This document shows, one piece after another, positions 1 to 8,449 of a DNA stretch of 64,000 nucleotides. Location of the stretch: the NCBI GenBank assembly GCA_965217775.1, contig CBDCJH010000002.1, positions 2,848,001 through 2,912,000 on the forward strand, read 5' to 3'. A model generated the notes under the pieces. The model saw nothing but the letters and a program-made list of their open reading frames with translations. It ran no database searches and was not told the DNA's origin. This DNA is from Acidobacteriota bacterium. Lineage in GTDB: Bacteria; Acidobacteriota; UBA6911; RPQK01; JAJDTT01. The translations under genes and the position numbers were made by a program. Position 1 is the stretch's first letter, and every line of letters starts with the position of its first letter.

Positions 1-561
1 TTTCCCTCTGCGGCCTCCTCTGCCCGACGCACCATCAATGCTGTTGACACTTATGTCAGGAATGAATATATACACATTTTCATTGAGATCATACGCGCTC
101 CCTACTTCATTGAGGACACTACTAAGGGTATTGTCAAAATAGTGGATGTCAGGGTGCCGCCCGTCAACACGGTGAACTATCGGTTCCCCTCCAGCATCGG
201 TTTCCAGGTGGAAAGTACTGTTCCCGTAGCCGAGTTCTTGCATCTGCTCGGCAAAGAAGGTCTGAATCTCGACGATGGACGCCTTCATCCGATCGACGAC
301 CTCGGCGCGGTACGGACGATCGTTGGGCAGGAAGTAGATGAGCCGAACCGTGCGGGGCTCCCCAACGTCCAAATCAGGGGCATCAGCGGCACGCAATCGA
401 GCAGCATCGACATGGTCGCCGGCTGGCATATCGAACTCTATGGGCGAGCAGAAATGAACCTCATCCGCCGGCCACGAGGACGAAGCAACCCCGACTGCCT
501 GGGGCAAGAGGACATGGCTGACCAAAAAGAAAACGGCGCAAGTAACAACGAGTCTTCTCAT
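1..561 (-). CDS. Secreted protein, N-terminal part (possible zinc-metallopeptidase-like symbiont protein); runs off the left edge
   Basis: Not in the ORF track because it has no stop in the window. Read manually from ATG 561: MRRLVVTCAVFFLVSHVLLPQA (signal-like)...LDVGEPRTVRLIYFLPNDRPYRAEVVDRMK...QTFFAEQMQELGYG...VHRVDGRHPD, open to base 1. No catalytic motif is visible within the window. Confidence 0.7.
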   Translation of the reverse strand, partial: MRRLVVTCAVFFLVSHVLLPQAVGVASSSWPADEVHFCSPIEFDMPAGDHVDAARLRAADAPDLDVGEPRTVRLIYFLPNDRPYRAEVVDRMKASIVEIQTFFAEQMQELGYGNSTFHLETDAGGEPIVHRVDGRHPDIHYFDNTLSSVLNEVGSAYDLNENVYIFIPDISVNSIDGASGRGGRRGK

Positions 562-723
562 GGTTTCATGTTCCCACAAGTCTAAGAAAGGCAGCCCGAT
601 ATTTCACCATCACCGACGGCTGAGCACCGGACACAAATAATGCGCGCAGGGCAAATTGCGGGCACAGAGACGGGACCAGGGATGCGACAGACCGGAAAGA
701 GCCATTCAATTGCTCAACTTTCC

Positions 724-1611
724 CTATCGCAGAATAGAGCTTGTAACCGGTATTGAGCTGTAAAACCCATGCGACAAGATCAGTGCCATCGCGTGAACGT
801 CATACCCCGGAGTCACCTCCCCGTCGGAATCCACCCGAAGAAAGTGCATGGTCCCATAGAATCGCTCGCCGACCGAAGGAACGATCTCATTGACAAATCG
901 GGCCAATTGACTTCTTGGTTCGAGTGATATTGTTCCGGTTGCGTTGGTCAACCCCTCGTTGTCGAAGAGGTAATACCTCAGTCGAACTGTGACATCCGAA
1001 TTGTTGGCCAGCGCGATGGCAGTATTCGTATCCAGCGAAACGTCTCTTCTGACCGGGACCAGGAAAGCAGGAGTTGCCGAGCTGGCGCCGACACCCACGA
1101 TCGATTGGATCGTCCCTGTTCCGGAATCCAGGATCTGGTACGCGGCGACTCCTCCCATCAATTTCCCGGACGGTGCGGAGACCCTCGCCCAGCCCACCGC
1201 GAGGTCTCCTTCCCCGCGAGTCTCCAGGAATACCGATTCAAAGCCCGGAATCGGGACGACAATCGTAGTGCCCGAACCAACGACCTCCCGAGTTGCGGAA
1301 TCGTAGAGTTCGACTGACATGGGCTCTCCGCCGGATGTCCGGAATTTGAGAGTTGCGTCCAACTCGTCCTTGTCCGCGTTGCTCAGAACGATGGAGGTCG
1401 TGATTCCCAAATTTCCGGAGACCCCGTTCGCCAATTGAGGGAAGACGATCTCGTCGGAGGGATCGACGGCGAACTGCTCTTCCCTGCTGAGCTCCAACAG
1501 CGCGGTGAGCTTTTGTTCATATAGCGCTGCCCGTTCATCCCCACCTAATGCAAGTGGGGACTCAAGGAACATAGTGGATAGCAGCGCGACGGCCAGCAAT
1601 GTTCGTATCAT
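724..1611 (-). CDS. Secreted hypothetical beta-rich protein (FPQLANG...GWARV type seen in Acidobacteria)
   Basis: ORF 724..1668; likely start MIRTLLAVALL (signal-like) at 1611; two internally similar halves (TSIVLSN / TAIALAN). Confidence 0.65.
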   Translation of the reverse strand: MIRTLLAVALLSTMFLESPLALGGDERAALYEQKLTALLELSREEQFAVDPSDEIVFPQLANGVSGNLGITTSIVLSNADKDELDATLKFRTSGGEPMSVELYDSATREVVGSGTTIVVPIPGFESVFLETRGEGDLAVGWARVSAPSGKLMGGVAAYQILDSGTGTIQSIVGVGASSATPAFLVPVRRDVSLDTNTAIALANNSDVTVRLRYYLFDNEGLTNATGTISLEPRSQLARFVNEIVPSVGERFYGTMHFLRVDSDGEVTPGYDVHAMALILSHGFYSSIPVTSSILR

Positions 1612-1733
1612 GCCTGTCTCCTCCAACGGTGAAATCAGGGTGCCTGGATCCTCCTGCCGGATTCTCAACGCCTACGGATCGGCATCCTTCATGACGAAAC
1701 GGAGCCGGACCGGCTTTCCCCCGAGTTCCCTAC

Positions 1734-1891
1734 CAGCCCGTGGCAAAAGTCGTCACGGCATTCGACCGTCCCTGCATCCCGGCGGACTGCGTTGCGACTC
1801 GGTCACATACTCCCGGTATGCTCCCTCATCGCGCCTTGTCCGGCGGGCGCAGGAACGGTCTCGGTGCTCGCGCGACTTTCACCACGGACTG
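1734..1891. mobile_element. MITE family A, copy 1 (158 bp)
   Basis: Terminal inverted repeats CAGCCCGTGGCAAAAGTC / GACTTTCACCACGGACTG; flanks CTAC/CTAA; near-identical copy at 57622-57779. Confidence 0.85.
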
Positions 1892-2181
1892 CTAACGTCG
1901 CTGCCCTTCTCCCAGGTGACGACTCGTTCGATTTCATCGCCGATGGTCTCCTGGCCGCCGGAGCCCGCGAACCCCGGGATTACTTTACAGTTGGCATCCC
2001 CCATCGTCACTCGCAGGCTTCGGGCTCGCGCGCGGCGATGGCCTGTAGGGCCAAAGCCGGACGACATTGTGGGCGCCGCGGGTGACGGTCCCTCCTAACA
2101 AGATGCGGTTAGTCGAGCAAGGGACGACGAGGAGACACGACTACGGTCCGATGATTGCGGATCCCTGCATGAAGTATACGG

Positions 2182-2305
2182 ATCGGAAGAACCGGACGCT
2201 GCACGTCACGCGCACGCCGCGGCCGATCTCCGGCGCTAGTTCCTTGATGAAGGAGGAGTGCTTACGAAAGAGCCGATCGCCCAGGTTGAAGACGTTCACC
2301 GCGAA
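2182..2305 (-). pseudogene. C-terminal remnant of the TonB-dependent receptor
   Basis: Minus strand reads FAVNVFNLGDRLFRKHSSFIKELAPEIGRGVRVTCSVRFF with the stop codon mutated; matches the C-termini at 2430, 4531 and 11850. Confidence 0.8.
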
Positions 2306-2429
2306 TCAAGGACAAACTGTCACGCAGCATCACCGGCGCAACGACCGCCGGGAATTCCGACGGTCGAAGCACCGGTTTGGCCACCCGAGGTGCGCCGACT
2401 GCCGCGGCGCCACAGGAGTAGGAGATAGA

Positions 2430-3020
2430 TCAGAAGAACCGGACCATGTGCGTGAACCGTATGCCGCGGCCGATCTCGGGGGCCAAATCCTTGATGAAAG
2501 ACGAGTGGTTTCGATAGAGGCGGTCGCCCAGGTTGAAAACGTTCACCGCGAACAGGTGCGACAGGTGCTGCTGGACGTAGGTATACGAGGCCTTCAGATT
2601 CACGACTCCGTAGCCGGGGGTGACGGTCCTGTCGTCCTCGGTGAACAAGCTGTCCGGATAGGAGATCACCTGGTCTGTGCCTGCAGGGACCCGATCGAAC
2701 TCGAAGCTGCCATCGTCGCCGCTGAAGGTGCTCCGGCCCAACTCGACGATCAACACCATGGCCTGGTGAAGAGGGTCTCCCGTCTCCTTCAGTGAAACGG
2801 TTCCCTTCAGGCCGCCCTTCGATTGAGCCGCCGCCTGCGATTGGAACAGCAGCGACAGGAGGACGGTCCCGAACGCGAGAAACTTGAAGGCAAGGACCGG
2901 AGAGCCGAAAACGGCGCGTCCACCCTGGGGCCGCCCAGGTTGATCTTTAACCGCGACCCCGCAGGAGCCGAATGCTGCATGGGATTGTGGCGAGGGATGA
3001 ACGCTTTCCTCGCTGACCAT
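2430..3020 (-). pseudogene. Internally deleted TonB-dependent receptor (signal and N-terminal domain fused in frame to the last barrel strands)
   Basis: ...GTVSLKETGDPLHQA...DSLFTEDDRTV joins directly to TPGYGVVNLKASYTY...EIGRGIRFTHMVRFF; plug and most of the barrel are missing compared with 4531..6939. Confidence 0.8.
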
Positions 3021-3196
3021 GCAGCGAGACTCTAGTCATGGTCCGGTCCACGTCTACCAAAAAGCTTCGAACGGGACGAGAACGGCGGTCAGCGGGACCA
3101 CGGACCCGGAAAGCGGAAGCCGGGTCGGATCGATCGGCGATGCCCGGATGCCGAACCCGAATGTCAGCTCCTCGCTTCCAGCCGGGACGGGAAACC

Positions 3197-3399
3197 TTAT
3201 TCCTTGGTGCCGGTCGAGGTCGGAGGCGGCTTCCCCGGGTCGGACCGGAGGAACCTCCCGTACCCCAAGACGATACCCGTCACTTCGGGGGTCGCTTTCA
3301 GTCTCTCCAGGAGTCTCGCCCGCAGCTCCGGGTTCTGCCGGCCCCGGCCGTAGGTCGGATGGGGAAAGGTCAGGAAAAAGAGTCCCGGGGACACCAGAA
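3197..3399 (-). pseudogene. 3' remnant of the glycoside-hydrolase-like gene at 7106..8368
   Basis: LTFPHPTYGRGRQNPELRARLLERL...GIVLGYG matches the C-terminus of 7106..8368; homology ends at ~3399. Confidence 0.8.
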
Positions 3400-3407
3400 C
3401 AACGTAA

Positions 3408-3419
3408 AAAGGGACAGTC
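3408..3419 (+). repeat. AAAGGGACAGTC motif (putative RAYT-associated REP-like motif)
   Basis: Copies or variants at ~3408, 3523, 10776, 11536, 11564, 11693, 11737, 25027 and 25381 (+), and ~26775, 26885 and 26920 (-). Confidence 0.7.
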
Positions 3420-3446
3420 TGTTTTTCGGGGTCTCAGTTGCGGTCC

Positions 3447-3507
3447 GTAGGGGCTCCCCTTGTGGGTGCCCTCTTCGGTCCGTAGGGGCTCCCCTTGTGG
3501 GTGCCCT
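3447..3507 (+). repeat. Tandem pair of GTAG-type REP palindromes
   Basis: GTAGGGGCTCCCCTTGTGGGTGCCCT at 3447 and 3482 (35-bp period); relatives at 10703 and 24986-25011 (-). Confidence 0.75.
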
Positions 3508-3551
3508 CTTCGGACCTGGTAGAAAGGGAAAGTCCATTGTTCCTTCGTCCG

Positions 3552-4400
3552 TCAAACGGCGGTGTCAGGTTCCCAAAAGCCCGATTCGTGAAGATCCCGC
3601 CAGGGGATCAGCCTCCCTGCTTTGCGCTGCTGGGGTTGATCGCCCCCGTAGGCCACGAGGACCGAACATGGACGAGGCAATTGCGAAAGATGTCTGCGAA
3701 CGCGCCGGGCGCCGCGAAACAGAGTGGAGGATGGCGTCGCAGAAGCCTTGGCTTCCACCAGCGTGATATGGGACGGGTGCTCGATGATGAGATCGGCCTC
3801 GGCCCCGTTACTGTCGCGGTAAAAGAACAGACCGCCCATTTCGCCCCGGTTGGTTCGGTATTTCACGATCTCCGAGACGACCCAGGTTTCGAAGATCGGG
3901 CCCCGCAGAGGATGCGCGCGGAGTTGATGGGGGTCACGGATGCCAAGCAACCAGCAGACCAGACCCGTGTCGTAGAAGTACAGTTTCGGCATCTTCACCA
4001 GCCGCTTGCGCAAATTGGCGTGAAAAGCCGTCAGGCGGAACGTGAGAAAACTGGTCTCGAGAATGCCGAGCCAAGCCTTGGCGGTCGGTTGGGAGATGCC
4101 GCAGTCGTCTGCCAACGACGAGTAATTGACCAACTGGGCCGTACGGCCGACGCACAATTGGACGAAGCGTTGGAAGGTGGGGAGATCTCCCACGTTGCTG
4201 ATGGTCCGCACGTCCCGTTCGATATAGGTCGCAACATACGAGCGGAGCCAGTCCGCCGGGTTCAGGTCTCGATCGAATATCCGCGGATAGGCGCCGGCGA
4301 AGAGAGTCTCCCCGAGACTCTGTGGATGCCGATCGAAACGCACGATCTCATTGCGGCTCAACGGAAGCAGGTGGTGGACTGCCGTCCTTCCGGCGAGCGA
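3552..4400 (-). pseudogene. 5'-truncated AAA+ ATPase / DUF4143 family gene
   Basis: Homology begins at SLAGRTAVHHLLPLS; contains TYIERDV, KRLVKMPKLYFYDTGL, GPIFETWV, FFYRDSNGAEADL and VEAK; no Walker A or B N-terminus. Confidence 0.75.
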
Positions 4401-4401
4401 T

Positions 4402-4434
4402 AGGATAATTCAAAATCACATATTGAATTATCCT
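4402..4434. promoter_or_regulatory. Perfect AT-rich inverted repeat, putative operator
   Basis: AGGATAATTCAA-N9-TTGAATTATCCT directly upstream of the truncated ATPase. Confidence 0.5.
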
Positions 4435-4530
4435 GATTTTACGCCCCTTCCATTTCCTGTGCCCGCGAGATCGTGAATTGCAGGGACGATGTTTGGCCAG
4501 CGGCCGCCACGGCAGCACGGATGTGACAGA

Positions 4531-6939
4531 TCAGAAGAACCGGAGGATGTAGGTCACTCTTACGCCGCGGCCGATTTCGGGGGCCAGGTCCTTGATGAAG
4601 GAGGAGTGGTTGCGGTAAAGCCGGTCGCCCAGGTTGAAGAGGTTCACCGCGAATTGGTGCGCCACGTGTTGCTGGGCGTAGGTGTAGGAGGCCTTCAGAT
4701 TTACGACGCCGTATCCGGGAGTCCGCGTCTCGCCGGTGAAGGTCTGATTTTGCTCGCCGGCCACGATCAGCTCGGGATTGATTCGCAATCCTCCGAGGTT
4801 GAAGTCCAGCCCGATCTTGCCCCTCAGGGGCGGGATTCTGGGCAAGGGGGTTCCGGTGTTCGTGTCTTGAGCGTCGACCCTATCCAAACCGAGATCGAGC
4901 CAGAGCACCGGGTTCAATCGGAAACCGAACGCCGCTTCCGCTCCCACGTAGCGGGCATCTCGCTGGGTGAACTCGATGACTTGGAGGCCGTCCTCCTCTT
5001 CTCCCGGTGCGAAGGGGAAGATGAAGTTCTGGAACCCGTAGTAGAAGAAGCTCAGGCTGCCATGGACCTGGTCATCCTCGTGCCGCAGCGACAGTTCGAT
5101 GCCGTCGCCGGTCTCGGCGTCCAGGAACGGATCGCCGATCTCGAACGCGAGGTTCCCGGCGTGCGGGCCGAAATTGTAGAGCTCTTCCAGGGACGGAGCC
5201 CGGTACGAATGGGAGTAGTTCACCACGAATGCCCCGTCCTGCCAGGTGTCGGCATGGATGCCGACTGAGGCGGAAGCACCGGTGAACGTCCGCTCGACGG
5301 CGTCGGCGACCTCCTCGTCGTGGTCCTCCTCCATCTCGTGCTCTGCTTCCTCGTCGTGGTGCTCCTCTTCTTCTTCGTGGCCGTGGCCGGCACTGCGTTC
5401 GGCGAAGCCCGGATGGTAGCGCTGGGTCTCCAGACGCCCGCCGAACTGGAGCTTGAAGGTCTCGAAATCCAGGACCTGCAGGGCGAAAAGGGCGAATCCG
5501 TTCTGCGTGACCGGCGGTGACAGCGCTTCCTCTCCCGTGGCCGAATAGTCTCTGGCCAGGCCCCAGAAACCGAAGCTTCCACTCAAAGGCCCTGACTCCC
5601 GCTGCTCGAAGACCCCACGGTAGGTGAACTGGGTGTTGTCGAACTCGGTGCCCACGATCCGGTCACCATCCTCCAGGAACTCGATCTCGTCGTGCGACCA
5701 GTCGGTGTAGGCCAGTTTCAGAGCGAAATGGTCGAGGGCGCCGCCCAGGTCCTTCAGTCCCCAGTTGAAGCGGTAGCTCAGGCGCTGGGCGTCGACCTGG
5801 ATGCGATCGATCTCCTCTTCCTCCTCGTGCCCGTGCTCGTCTTCTTCGTCGTGATGCTCACCCTCCTCTTCGTCGTGGTGCTCTTCCTCTTCCCCGTGGT
5901 GGCCGTGGAACTCCTGGACGAAGGGGACGCCGTAAATCCCGTCGTCGTACTTGGCTTCCACGCTGAAGAACATCTTCTTGCCGTAGAACCCGAAGCCGCC
6001 GCCGCCGTTGGCAATCTTGGACCGGGAGTTGTAGATGGCGCCCTGCCCCGGGGCCGTGTAGTCGCCGGTGCGCATTCCCCCGCCCTGTCCCCAGAACAGC
6101 CAGTCGCCGGCCCCGAGCTCGAAGCCGGCGTTGACTCCGCCCAGGGAGTTGTTCGTGCCCGCGGAGCCGGAGATGAAGCCGCGCACCCCTTCGTGCGGGT
6201 GATGGTGCACCTGGTGATGACGGCTGATGGCGTTGACCGTGCCCCCCATGGAGCTTCCGCTGTAGAGCAGCGTCGCCGGACCCTTGACGACCTCCAGCCG
6301 CTCCAGTTGCGCCGGGTTGATCAATTCCCCGTGGTCGCCGGACTGGGAGGACAGGGATCCGGACCGGATCCCGTCCTCCATGATCAGGACGCGGTCGCCG
6401 TCGAAACCGCGGATGATGGGCCGCGCCGGACCCGGCCCGAAACCGCGTTTGGCGATACCGCTGCCCACCTTGTGGTCCAGCAACTCGCCGATGGTGACAT
6501 CCGCCGACTCGGCCATCTGGTATGGCCCCAACGACTCGACACTCTGGAAGGACTCGAAGACGGTCTCGTGCTCGTCACTTGCCGTCACCGTGACTTCGTA
6601 TCGCCTGGACAACAGCTCCAGGAAGATGTTCGCTTCTGCCGCCGCTCCAGGGTCGACGTTCACCATGGTGGTGACTTCGGTGAACAGGCTGTCCAGATGG
6701 GTGATCAGACGGTAGGTCCCTGCAGGAATGCCATCGAACTCGTAGTTTCCATCGTCGCCGGTGACGGTGCTCCGATCCAGCTCCTCAATGGACACGCTGG
6801 CGTGGTGCAGAGGTTGACCGGTCTCCTTCAGAGTGACCTTGCCCCTCAGTGAGCCGTTCGATTGGGCGACTACCGCCGGCTGGAACATCCACGGCAGCAG
6901 GACGACCCAGACCGCCAGAAACCTGTGACCAATGCGCAT
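4531..6939 (-). CDS. TonB-dependent receptor with His/Glu-rich loops (ZnuD-like, probable zinc/metal uptake)
   Basis: Signal peptide, carboxypeptidase-like N-domain, plug motifs RPIIRGFDGDR and ERLEVVKGPATLLY, two His/Glu tracts, C-terminal RFF; GGAGG RBS before ATG 6939. Confidence 0.9.
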   Translation of the reverse strand: MRIGHRFLAVWVVLLPWMFQPAVVAQSNGSLRGKVTLKETGQPLHHASVSIEELDRSTVTGDDGNYEFDGIPAGTYRLITHLDSLFTEVTTMVNVDPGAAAEANIFLELLSRRYEVTVTASDEHETVFESFQSVESLGPYQMAESADVTIGELLDHKVGSGIAKRGFGPGPARPIIRGFDGDRVLIMEDGIRSGSLSSQSGDHGELINPAQLERLEVVKGPATLLYSGSSMGGTVNAISRHHQVHHHPHEGVRGFISGSAGTNNSLGGVNAGFELGAGDWLFWGQGGGMRTGDYTAPGQGAIYNSRSKIANGGGGFGFYGKKMFFSVEAKYDDGIYGVPFVQEFHGHHGEEEEHHDEEEGEHHDEEDEHGHEEEEEIDRIQVDAQRLSYRFNWGLKDLGGALDHFALKLAYTDWSHDEIEFLEDGDRIVGTEFDNTQFTYRGVFEQRESGPLSGSFGFWGLARDYSATGEEALSPPVTQNGFALFALQVLDFETFKLQFGGRLETQRYHPGFAERSAGHGHEEEEEHHDEEAEHEMEEDHDEEVADAVERTFTGASASVGIHADTWQDGAFVVNYSHSYRAPSLEELYNFGPHAGNLAFEIGDPFLDAETGDGIELSLRHEDDQVHGSLSFFYYGFQNFIFPFAPGEEEDGLQVIEFTQRDARYVGAEAAFGFRLNPVLWLDLGLDRVDAQDTNTGTPLPRIPPLRGKIGLDFNLGGLRINPELIVAGEQNQTFTGETRTPGYGVVNLKASYTYAQQHVAHQFAVNLFNLGDRLYRNHSSFIKDLAPEIGRGVRVTYILRFF

Positions 6940-7105
6940 GCAAACCTCCCTGCGAATTCCGTGCAATTCGGGCGGGAGTATCGGCGACGGACCAATCTGG
7001 GACTACAAAAAAACGGTGGGCGGGACCGGTCGGTCTGCAACCGGGACCCTGACTCCGGCGAACAGACGGGGAGGCGGTTCAGGTTCGAGGGCGGAATTGG
7101 GTCGC

Positions 7106-8368
7106 CTATTGTGCGGGGTTGGCGGCATGGGACCGGAGGAACGTTCCGTACCCCATGACGATACCCGTCAGTTCGGGGATCGCTTCCAGTTTCTTAAGCA
7201 GTCTCGTCCGCAGCTCCGGGTTCTGCCGGCCGCGGCCGTAGGTCGGATGGGGAAAGGTCAGGTAAAAGAGTCTCGGGTACACCAGAAGATCGACTCCGTG
7301 ACGGGCGCAGAGCGGGCCGTAGTCCTGGCTCAGAGCCTCTTCGACAGGGGGCAGGCCGAGATCGTCCTCCTGGCTTTGGAGGTAGCCCATGGTGCGCTGG
7401 ATGCGCCGCGGGTAGCGGGCTCGTTCGTTGGTGATGTGTCCGACCACGAGTTGGTCGACGATCCCGTCCGAGACCCAGCGCCGCCACTGGATTCTCATGT
7501 TGCCGAAGGGGGGACCCAGGTACTCCCCCTGTTGCACGCCCACCGCCAGCTTCTGTCCCCGGCTCTTGAGGTGATTCTTGACCTCCTTGAGGAAGGTGGT
7601 GAAGAACTCACCTCGCAGATTCCGCCACTTCTCCAGGTCGAAGCGCTCGCGCAGGATGTCCCGTCCGTAGCGGCGCTTGTACTCCTGGACCACCGGCTTG
7701 TTGAAGCCGAATTGATCGGCGTGGACGGGCGGGGGCGAATGGGAGCGAAGGCTCAGGAAGACGCCATCCAGATCGAAGCGGTCGGAGAAGGCCCGGATGA
7801 CCTTGAGCATGTATTGCCGAACCTCCGGGTAGGCGTACTCCATGACCCCCCATTGGTACTTCCGGCCATTCGCGGTGAGGCTTCGGTCGCAGGCCAGAAA
7901 CTGCGGGTTCCGGCGGGTGAAGCGGGACTGCCAGGGAAAAGGAACCGAGTCGGCGGAAAGGACGTCGGGGGGGCACCCTTCGTCCAGGACGGTCAGCCAG
8001 ACGTAGGCACGAATGCCCGCCGCCTTCATGGTGTTGACGGCGGTCTCCATGAGATCCGACTCCCAGGCCGCCCGGGTCTTCGCCATCCCCGTCCGGTGTT
8101 CTTCGTTGGCGGGCACCGCGTCGTGAAAAAGGAGGACGCGGAAGTTGTCGCCGCGGAAGAGGACCTGATCGATTCCCTTCGATTTCCAGGATCGGACGGA
8201 CTGGCGCACCTTGTCGGGAGTGTCCAGTCGAGCCGCCCCCGGGACCTTGGTCATGATGACGTCGCCCCAACTCACGATCATGACGTTCTGTTTGTCGCGA
8301 GCTTGGGCCGGGATTGGCAGGAAGAGGAAGAAGGCGATTGCTGCGATTGAGCCGGTACGCATGTTCAT
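7106..8368 (-). CDS. Secreted glycoside-hydrolase-like TIM-barrel protein (GHL10/DUF187-like)
   Basis: Signal peptide; motifs GIRAYVW, YAYPEVRQY and FDLDGVFL. Confidence 0.6.
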   Translation of the reverse strand: MNMRTGSIAAIAFFLFLPIPAQARDKQNVMIVSWGDVIMTKVPGAARLDTPDKVRQSVRSWKSKGIDQVLFRGDNFRVLLFHDAVPANEEHRTGMAKTRAAWESDLMETAVNTMKAAGIRAYVWLTVLDEGCPPDVLSADSVPFPWQSRFTRRNPQFLACDRSLTANGRKYQWGVMEYAYPEVRQYMLKVIRAFSDRFDLDGVFLSLRSHSPPPVHADQFGFNKPVVQEYKRRYGRDILRERFDLEKWRNLRGEFFTTFLKEVKNHLKSRGQKLAVGVQQGEYLGPPFGNMRIQWRRWVSDGIVDQLVVGHITNERARYPRRIQRTMGYLQSQEDDLGLPPVEEALSQDYGPLCARHGVDLLVYPRLFYLTFPHPTYGRGRQNPELRTRLLKKLEAIPELTGIVMGYGTFLRSHAANPAQ

Positions 8369-8423
8369 TCCTCCTGGAATGGATGGGAGCGGCGGCTTTC
8401 TTGCCGCCGGTTCGGGGGAGCAA

Positions 8424-8449
8424 GAGGGGGACTACAAGTCCCCCCCCTC
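8424..8449. repeat. G/C-rich palindrome family GGGGGAC-N5-7-GTCCCCC
   Basis: Copies at 8424, 15473 and 33912, each just downstream of a stop codon. Confidence 0.55.

Noticed and set aside
142-585. 147-aa plus-strand ORF
   Set aside because: Antisense shadow of the signal-peptide-bearing minus-strand gene at 1-561
1879-2067. 62-aa minus-strand ORF next to the MITE
   Set aside because: No recognisable family; it ends inside the MITE and is at best a decayed fragment
4402-4434. Fur box
   Set aside because: GATAAT and ATTATC are 17 bp apart rather than 7, and the site is not upstream of the receptor
6945-7105. Riboswitch upstream of the TonB receptor
   Set aside because: No cobalamin, TPP or other recognisable aptamer consensus seen; a covariance-model search would be needed
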